Source: Clostridia bacterium (GTDB lineage Bacteria; Bacillota; Clostridia; Oscillospirales; CAG-382). From it: a stretch of DNA of 46,466 nt. The DNA lies in the NCBI GenBank assembly GCA_017630915.1, contig JAGBUH010000053.1, forward strand, positions 1 to 46,466, given 5' to 3'. Position 1 is the first letter of the stretch. Every line of letters starts with the position of its first letter. A program made the position numbers and the translations under genes. Positions 25,277 through 30,863 of this stretch are shown piece after piece. The notes beneath the pieces are model-generated. The model was not told the DNA's origin. It searched no databases and was given only the letters and a program-made list of their open reading frames with translations.

Positions 25277-26356
25277 TTATAACTCGATAAGCGATTTGTC
25301 GCTGTTTGTAAGGTTTTCGCAACCGTTTTCGGTGACGAGCACCATGTTTTCGATTCGTACACCGTATTTGCCGGGGATATATATACCCGGTTCAACAGTT
25401 ACGATGTTGCCAACAACGAGAGTGTCTTCGCTTTTCGGTGAGCAAGATGGCAATTCGTGAATCTCCAAACCAAGTGAGTGACCGAGCGAGTGGCCAAAAT
25501 ATTCGCCGTATCCCGCGTCGGTGATAACATCACGCGCAACCTTGTCTGCCGCTTTGCAACTCACGCCTGCTTTGATGTATTTCATCGCTTCTGCCTGTGC
25601 GGTGAAGACGGTGTTGTAAATTCGTTTCATTTCGTCATCGGCTTTGCCCAAAACGATAGTTCTTGTCATATCCGAGCAATATCCCGCGTATTTTGCGCCG
25701 TAATCCATTGTGAAGAATGAATTTTCGGTCAACTTGCTGTCGGTGGGTACGCCGTGCGGAAGCGAGGAATTTTTGCCCGAAACCGCGATGGTGTCAAACG
25801 CGAGTCCGTTTGCACCGTTGCATCGCATGAAGTATTCGAGTTCCGCCGCAACTTCAAGCTCGGTTCTGTCTTTGTTGATAAAACCGAGGATGTGCGAAAA
25901 CGCCTTGTCGGTAATAGATTGCGCCTTGCGGATTTTATCAATTTCTTCCTTGGTCTTTACTCGTCTGTGCTTCAAGCACACGTCGGAAAGATAGGAAAAT
26001 TCAATATCAAAGCACTTGTTTTTCAGAGTTTGCAACTGCTTAACAGTAATAAGCGCAGGGTCTAAACAAACCTTTTTCGCAGAGATTGAAGCTATGTATT
26101 CGGCGATGACTTCAAAGATGTTTTTTCTGAAAAGATAAACGTTTACGTCGTCGCTTAATTTGTCTGCCTTTTTGTCGTTTTCCGCCGCTTCGAAATAACG
26201 CGAATCGATAAACAACGCCGTTTCGGATTCCGAAACTATAACCGTGCCGTCGGTAGAATAAAAATCGCTGAGGTAATATTGGCTCGTTTCGTCAAGAAAC
26301 AACGCGCAGTCAAAACCCTCGCTTTTTATATCGGAAAATACCTTTCTTCCGTTCAT
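25277..26356 (-). CDS. Xaa-Pro aminopeptidase / M24B metallopeptidase
   Basis: M24 metal-ligand context: DYGAKYAGYCSDMTRT, HSLGHSLGLEIHE and VEPGIY. It sits upstream of efp, as in Bacillus. AGGAGG RBS. Confidence 0.92.
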   Translation of the reverse strand: MNGRKVFSDIKSEGFDCALFLDETSQYYLSDFYSTDGTVIVSESETALFIDSRYFEAAENDKKADKLSDDVNVYLFRKNIFEVIAEYIASISAKKVCLDPALITVKQLQTLKNKCFDIEFSYLSDVCLKHRRVKTKEEIDKIRKAQSITDKAFSHILGFINKDRTELEVAAELEYFMRCNGANGLAFDTIAVSGKNSSLPHGVPTDSKLTENSFFTMDYGAKYAGYCSDMTRTIVLGKADDEMKRIYNTVFTAQAEAMKYIKAGVSCKAADKVARDVITDAGYGEYFGHSLGHSLGLEIHELPSCSPKSEDTLVVGNIVTVEPGIYIPGKYGVRIENMVLVTENGCENLTNSDKSLIEL

Positions 26357-26374
26357 AAAAACCTCCTGATTTGA

Positions 26375-26406
26375 TTCACACCCCGACGGTTTTATCGGGG
26401 TGTGAA
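26375..26406 (-). terminator. Strong hairpin after the 844-aa gene (terminator-like, weak U-run)
   Basis: TTCACACCCCGA (26375-26386) pairs perfectly (12 bp) with TCGGGGTGTGAA (26395-26406). No clean U-tract follows on the minus strand. Confidence 0.5.
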
Positions 26407-26418
26407 TAGTTTACATAA

Positions 26419-28953
26419 TTATGCGGTTTCGATAGATGCCGCTTTTTTGAGGTTGAGTTCTTCAACCGCGTTTTCGCGCATCTTGTATTTGAGTATTTTA
26501 CCCGCCGCGTTCATCGGGAATTCGCTGACGAAGGAAACATATCTCGGAGTTTTGTGTTTCGCCATATTGTCGCGGACATAGGTTTTGATTTCGTCTTCGG
26601 TAATGGTTTCGCCCTCTTTCGGAATGATACAAGCCATTATTTCTTCGCCGTATTGAATGTCGGGCACGCCGATAACCTGAACGTCTTTTACCTTCGGGTG
26701 AGTGTATATAAAGTCTTCGATTTCTTTGGGATAAATATTCTCGCCGCCGCGGATAATCATATCCTTAATACGTCCCGTGATTTTGAAATATCCCTCGGGA
26801 GTGCGGCGCGCAAGGTCGCCCGTGTGAAGCCAACCGTCTTCGTCGATTGCAATTGCGGTCGCTTGGGGCATCTTGTAATAACCCTTCATAATGTTGTAAC
26901 CGCGAGCGACAAATTCGCCGTCAACGTTGTCGGGCAATTCTTCGCCGGTTTCGGGATTGACTATCTTGCATTCGACACCGAACATAGCGCCACCAACCGT
27001 GTTTACACGTGCGTCAAGACTGTCGGTGGTAAGGCTCATGGTGCAACCGGGAGAAGCCTCGGTCTGACCGTAAACTATGGTGATTTCGGTCATATTCATC
27101 TTGTCTACAACGTCTTGCATAACCTTTACGGGACAAGGCGAACCTGCCATGATACCCGTTCTCATATGTGAGAAATCGGTGCTTTCAAAGTTTTCGTTTT
27201 CAAGCAATGCGATAAACATCGTCGGAACACCGTGGAAGCAGGTTATCTTTTCTCTGTTGATGCAATCAAGCGCACGTTTCGGCGAGAAATAGGAAAGCGG
27301 TGACATTGTAACGCCGTGTGTTACCGATGCAGTCATCGCAAGAACCATGCCGAAACAGTGGAACATCGGCACTTGAATCATCATTCTGTCGGCGGAGGAC
27401 AAATCCATCCCGTCGCCGATATTTTTGCCGTTGTTTACTACGTTGTAGTGGGTGAGCATAACACCTTTCGGGAAACCTGTCGTACCCGAAGTGTATTGCA
27501 TATTGCAAACGTCGTGCTTGTTGATAAGCGAAGCGCGACGGTAAACTTCTTCGATAGGAGTCAAATCGGCATATTCAAGCGCTTGCTCCCAAGTAAGACA
27601 ACCCTTTTGTTCGCTTTGAATCGTGATAATATTGCGAAGGAAGGGAAGACGTTTGCTGTAAAGCGGTTTGCCCGCGGTATGCTCGTTCAATTCGGGACAG
27701 AGCTCGTGCATAATCGCATTGTAATCGCTGTCCTTGAATCCGTCACACATAACCAAAGTGTGAGTGTCGGATTGACGGAGCAAATATTCAATTTCGTAAA
27801 TTTTATAAGCGGTATTAACCGTAACCAAAACCGCGCCGATTTTGGTAGTTGCCCAGAAAGCAATATACCATTGAGGAAGGTTGGTTGACCAAACTGCAAC
27901 GTGGTCGCCGCGCTTGACGCCGAGCGAAATGAGCGCGCGAGCGAATTTGTCGACGTCGTCGCGGAATTGAGGATATGTTCTTGTATAATCACATTCGGTG
28001 AAACGGAAAGCATATTGGTCGGGGAATGCTTCGCAAACTCTGTCTAACACTTGGGGGAAAGTCAGGTCGATGAGCATATTCTTTTGCCAAATATATTTAC
28101 CCTGACCGCGCAAGTCGTCGATAAGCATATCAGAACCGAATTTTCTGCCGACGAAACGCGCCATATAGTTTACATAATTAGGGAAGATGATACCCGCGTC
28201 TTGAAGATAAGGCGCCCAGCGTTTTACCCATTCGAGCGAGAGATAACCTTCGAAGTTGATCGAACCCAACGCACGAATCATTTCTTCGATAGGCATATCG
28301 CCTTCGCCCATCATTTTGTAAATTATCTTGCCGTCTTCCTCGATGCTGTCCTTGATGTGCACGTGGGCAATATACATACCGAGGTTTTGAACGGTAGTTT
28401 CGGGCGATTCTTTTGCGAAGCGGTAGGGGTGGTGAATATCCCAAAGCGCCGCGACGTTGTCGCTCGGTACTTTGTCGAGCAAACTTTTAAGACGTGCGGT
28501 ATCGCTGTAAACACCGTTGGTTTCCAAAAGAAGCGTAACGTTTGCTTCTTCCGCCATCGGAAGAATAGATAAAAGTTGAGAAAGCACTTCATCGTCATCG
28601 CCGTCGTCAACAGCGGTAGGACCGTCGTCACCTAAAACGCGGACAAACTTGGTTCCCAGTGCTTTTGCCGCTTTGATGTATTCTGCGACGATGCGTTTGT
28701 TTTCGTCTGCAAGTGCTTTATGTTTAAGACAGCAGTCGGAACTTAAAATCGGAATTTCAAGACCGAGCGATGCGAGTTTCTTAACAGTATCGGCAAGATT
28801 TTCCGCCGCGAAAGGCATATTGTGTTTGTTGTCAAAGATGTCGTCGCCGAGACCGCGCACTTCGATGCCGTCGAAACCGAGGTCGGTTGCCATCGCATAA
28901 ATATCCGAAAAACCGTAACCTGGGCAGGCGAGTGTTGAGAAGGATAACTTCAT
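26419..28953 (-). CDS. Fusion protein: an N-terminal xylose-isomerase-like TIM barrel (sugar phosphate isomerase/epimerase family) joined to a C-terminal AMP-forming acyl-CoA synthetase / adenylating enzyme
   Basis: The N-terminal ~270 aa carry LLLETNG, HVHIKD and LSLEW motifs (AP_endonuc_2-like TIM barrel). The remaining ~570 aa carry the AMP-binding motifs YTSGTTGFPKGVMLTH, GYGQTE-like VYGQTEASP, TGDLARR and IIRGGENIYPKEIE. It is a single uninterrupted ORF with an AAGGAG RBS. Confidence 0.9.
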   Translation of the reverse strand: MKLSFSTLACPGYGFSDIYAMATDLGFDGIEVRGLGDDIFDNKHNMPFAAENLADTVKKLASLGLEIPILSSDCCLKHKALADENKRIVAEYIKAAKALGTKFVRVLGDDGPTAVDDGDDDEVLSQLLSILPMAEEANVTLLLETNGVYSDTARLKSLLDKVPSDNVAALWDIHHPYRFAKESPETTVQNLGMYIAHVHIKDSIEEDGKIIYKMMGEGDMPIEEMIRALGSINFEGYLSLEWVKRWAPYLQDAGIIFPNYVNYMARFVGRKFGSDMLIDDLRGQGKYIWQKNMLIDLTFPQVLDRVCEAFPDQYAFRFTECDYTRTYPQFRDDVDKFARALISLGVKRGDHVAVWSTNLPQWYIAFWATTKIGAVLVTVNTAYKIYEIEYLLRQSDTHTLVMCDGFKDSDYNAIMHELCPELNEHTAGKPLYSKRLPFLRNIITIQSEQKGCLTWEQALEYADLTPIEEVYRRASLINKHDVCNMQYTSGTTGFPKGVMLTHYNVVNNGKNIGDGMDLSSADRMMIQVPMFHCFGMVLAMTASVTHGVTMSPLSYFSPKRALDCINREKITCFHGVPTMFIALLENENFESTDFSHMRTGIMAGSPCPVKVMQDVVDKMNMTEITIVYGQTEASPGCTMSLTTDSLDARVNTVGGAMFGVECKIVNPETGEELPDNVDGEFVARGYNIMKGYYKMPQATAIAIDEDGWLHTGDLARRTPEGYFKITGRIKDMIIRGGENIYPKEIEDFIYTHPKVKDVQVIGVPDIQYGEEIMACIIPKEGETITEDEIKTYVRDNMAKHKTPRYVSFVSEFPMNAAGKILKYKMRENAVEELNLKKAASIETA

Positions 28954-28983
28954 TTTTGTGCTCCTTTTTCTTGGAATATCAAC

Positions 28984-29230
28984 GAAAAAATAAAAAACTC
29001 TATCTACGCAAAAACATAAATAGAGCTTGGGTAAATCAATATTATCATTTCACGCGCCAAACAGCACGTTCTCTTGATAACGGCGAGAAACCCGACCGAA
29101 CCTACTAAAACATTTCGGAACGGCAGCTCAGGGGTGAGTTCACGTATCTTTACACCTGCCGTTTCACACCAACCAACGGCTCTCTGAAAAGTGCGTTTGA
29201 GATAGCTTAGTCCCCATCACAGCTTTTGCT
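28984..29230 (-). promoter_or_regulatory. T-box-like leader (Leu, CUC specifier) with a terminator, upstream of the 844-aa fusion gene
   Basis: The minus strand shows these elements in order. A GUGAUG...CUGA K-turn-like pair. The AGAGAG box (plus 29178-29186). A distal loop GGUGUGA (fits GGUGNRA). GUGAA-CUC-A with the specifier at 29138..29136. An AGUA box. The F-box CCGUUA (29083..29078). An 11-bp hairpin CUCUAUUUAUG/CGUAGAUAGAG followed by UUUUUUAUUUUUU (28984-29025). I did not find the canonical GGGUGGNACCGCG T-box motif. Confidence 0.6.
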
Positions 29231-29236
29231 TTCAAT

Positions 29237-29265
29237 AGTATAATCAAGTGTGTCGGTTCTGTCAA
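29237..29265 (-). promoter_or_regulatory. Sigma-A promoter driving the T-box-like leader
   Basis: The minus strand reads TTGACA (29265-29260), 17-nt spacer, TATACT (29242-29237). Confidence 0.55.
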
Positions 29266-29294
29266 GTGTTTTTTTGTTTTTTGTCGCAAATCTA

Positions 29295-29323
29295 TTGAAA
29301 AAGAGGAAAAAGTGTGATAGAAT
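29295..29323 (+). promoter_or_regulatory. Divergent sigma-A promoter for the oxidoreductase gene
   Basis: TTGAAA (29295-29300), 17-nt spacer, TAGAAT (29318-29323), with TGA upstream (extended -10). Confidence 0.5.
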
Positions 29324-29374
29324 GTGCCTAACTTTAAAACGTAATAAACGTTATTTTATTTGGAGGAACAAACT

Positions 29375-30439
29375 ATGTCCAAAATGAAGATTGCAATCAT
29401 CGGTTGCGGTACTATCGCTAACAGCGCGCACATTCCCGCATATATGAAGAATGAAACGGTAGAAATCAAATATTTCTGCGATATCATCAAATCGAGAGCC
29501 GAAGAAGCGGTTGAAAAATACGGCTGCGGTACCGCTGTTGAAGATTATCACGATATCTTGAACGATCCCGAAATCGAAGCGGTTTCTATCTGTACCCCCA
29601 ATAAGATGCACAGCACCATTACCATCGACTTCCTTAAAGCAGGTAAAAACGTTCTTTGTGAAAAACCTGCCGCAAGAACTCTTTCCGAAGCACTTGAAAT
29701 GCAAAAGGCGCAACACGAAACAGGTAAAATCCTCAACATCGGTGTTGTTAACCGTTTTAACTCTGCCGTTAACCGCCTCCGTGAAATCATTCAATCGGGC
29801 GAACTCGGCGAAGTTTATCACGTATATGTAAGCTTCCGCGCTCACCGTTCCATTCCCGGTCTCGGCGGTGCATTCACCACCAAGTCTATCTCGGGCGGCG
29901 GCGTTCTTATCGACTGGGGCGTTCACTATCTCGATATCGTTATGTACTGCATGGACGATCCCAAACCCCTCACCGTTTCGGCGAAGACCTTCTCCAAACT
30001 CGGTGTTGATATGCCCAACTATGTTTATAACAGCATGTGGTCTGAAATGACCAAAGACGTTAACGGTACTTATGACGTTGACGACTTCGTTACCGGCTTC
30101 GTTCGTACCGAAGGTCCTACCATCACCCTCAACGGCGCATGGGCTCAAAACATCGGTGTTGCTGAAACATATATCGACTTCATCGGTACAAAAGCAGGTA
30201 TCCGTCTTACCTACGGCGGCGATTTCACTCTTTACACCACTTCCTGCAACACTCTCATCGACTTCAAGCCCAAGTTCCAAGCGAGCAACCATTTCGAAAA
30301 CGAAATCAACGCGTTTGTTGATTGCGTAAGAACCGGCGAAAAGCTTCCTTCTCACATCGACAAGGCAATTATCACCGCAACAATGATGCAAGCGATGTAC
30401 GACTCCTCCGAGCAGAACAAAGAAATTACGCTTGCATAA
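29375..30439 (+). CDS. Gfo/Idh/MocA-family NAD(P)-dependent oxidoreductase
   Basis: The Rossmann N-terminus is MSKMKIAIIGCGTIANSAHIPAY, and an EKP motif (LCEKPAA) is present. The start is set at ATG 29375, 9 nt after GGAGG; the track start at 29360 is a TTG. Confidence 0.9.
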   Translation: MSKMKIAIIGCGTIANSAHIPAYMKNETVEIKYFCDIIKSRAEEAVEKYGCGTAVEDYHDILNDPEIEAVSICTPNKMHSTITIDFLKAGKNVLCEKPAARTLSEALEMQKAQHETGKILNIGVVNRFNSAVNRLREIIQSGELGEVYHVYVSFRAHRSIPGLGGAFTTKSISGGGVLIDWGVHYLDIVMYCMDDPKPLTVSAKTFSKLGVDMPNYVYNSMWSEMTKDVNGTYDVDDFVTGFVRTEGPTITLNGAWAQNIGVAETYIDFIGTKAGIRLTYGGDFTLYTTSCNTLIDFKPKFQASNHFENEINAFVDCVRTGEKLPSHIDKAIITATMMQAMYDSSEQNKEITLA

Positions 30440-30473
30440 CGAAAATCGGCGTATAACAGCGCAGACCGCATAA

Positions 30474-30574
30474 ATGCTATAAAAAATCGGCAACACTCGT
30501 AGTAGATTTCTACAACTTCGGTTGCCGATTTTTCATTCTGCATCTGTTCTCGCCGATTTTAAGCGCATATCGAA
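30474..30574. repeat. Copy A of a ~101-bp hairpin-containing direct repeat
   Basis: ATGCTATAAAAAATCGGCAACACTCGTAGTAGATTTCTACAACTTCGGTTGCCGATTTTTCATTCTGCATCTGTTCTCGCCGATTTTAAGCGCATATCGAA. It contains a 13-bp stem, AAAAATCGGCAAC pairing with GTTGCCGATTTTT. Confidence 0.9.
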
Positions 30575-30679
30575 TAAACTCTCGCTCGCAGTAGATTTCT
30601 ACAGCATCGCTCGTGTTTCTTCAATCTGCATCCGTTCTGCTTCGCCTATTAACATATTGGTCGAGGCGGTAAAAATATA

Positions 30680-30781
30680 ATGCTATAAAAAATCGGCAAC
30701 ACTTGTAGTAGATTTCTACAACTTCGGTTGCCGATTTTTCATTCTGCATCTGTTCTCCGCCGATTTTAAGCGCATATCGAA
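30680..30781. repeat. Copy B of the ~101-bp hairpin-containing direct repeat
   Basis: Same sequence as copy A, with 1 substitution (C to T) and a 1-nt insertion. It is offset 206 bp from copy A. Confidence 0.9.
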
Positions 30782-30810
30782 AACGTATAAACTCAAAAAC
30801 GCATAAACTA

Positions 30811-30846
30811 TAAAAAATCGGCACTCCGAAAAGAGTGCCGATTTTC
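30811..30846 (-). terminator. Terminator of the 829-aa surface protein gene (bidirectional shape)
   Basis: ATCGGCACTC (30817-30826) pairs with GAGTGCCGAT (30833-30842). An A-run and a T-run flank it. It shares the AAAATCGGC / GCCGATTTT ends with the repeats above. Confidence 0.75.
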
Positions 30847-30863
30847 TGCTATATTAGTGGTGT

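Noticed and set aside
24946-25395. 149-aa version of the ORF between the aminopeptidase gene and efp
   Set aside because: The N-terminal 79 residues would overlap the 3' end of the aminopeptidase gene by about 120 nt and would lack an RBS. The internal ATG at 25158 has AAGGAGAA upstream and yields a compact 70-aa protein.
29021-29065. Canonical T-box antiterminator within the leader
   Set aside because: I looked specifically for GGGUGGNACCGCG and for a UGGN bulge. I found only UUUGGCGCG, which lacks the ACC segment and has the wrong discriminator match for tRNA-Leu. I therefore do not annotate an antiterminator, and I flag its absence as an open question.
30352-30824. Two small minus-strand ORFs (63 and 67 aa) sharing MQNEKSATEVVEIYY(E/K)CCRFFIA, a possible duplicated peptide gene
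   Set aside because: The shared peptide is simply the translation of the duplicated hairpin element (a 13-bp stem with flanking A and T runs). There is no RBS, one ORF overlaps the 3' end of the oxidoreductase gene, and the similarity ends where the DNA repeat ends.
30474-30846. CRISPR-like array
   Set aside because: There are only two full units, at 206-bp spacing, plus a partial third. The units are ~101 bp long, not 25-40 bp. No cas genes are present. The architecture does not fit CRISPR.
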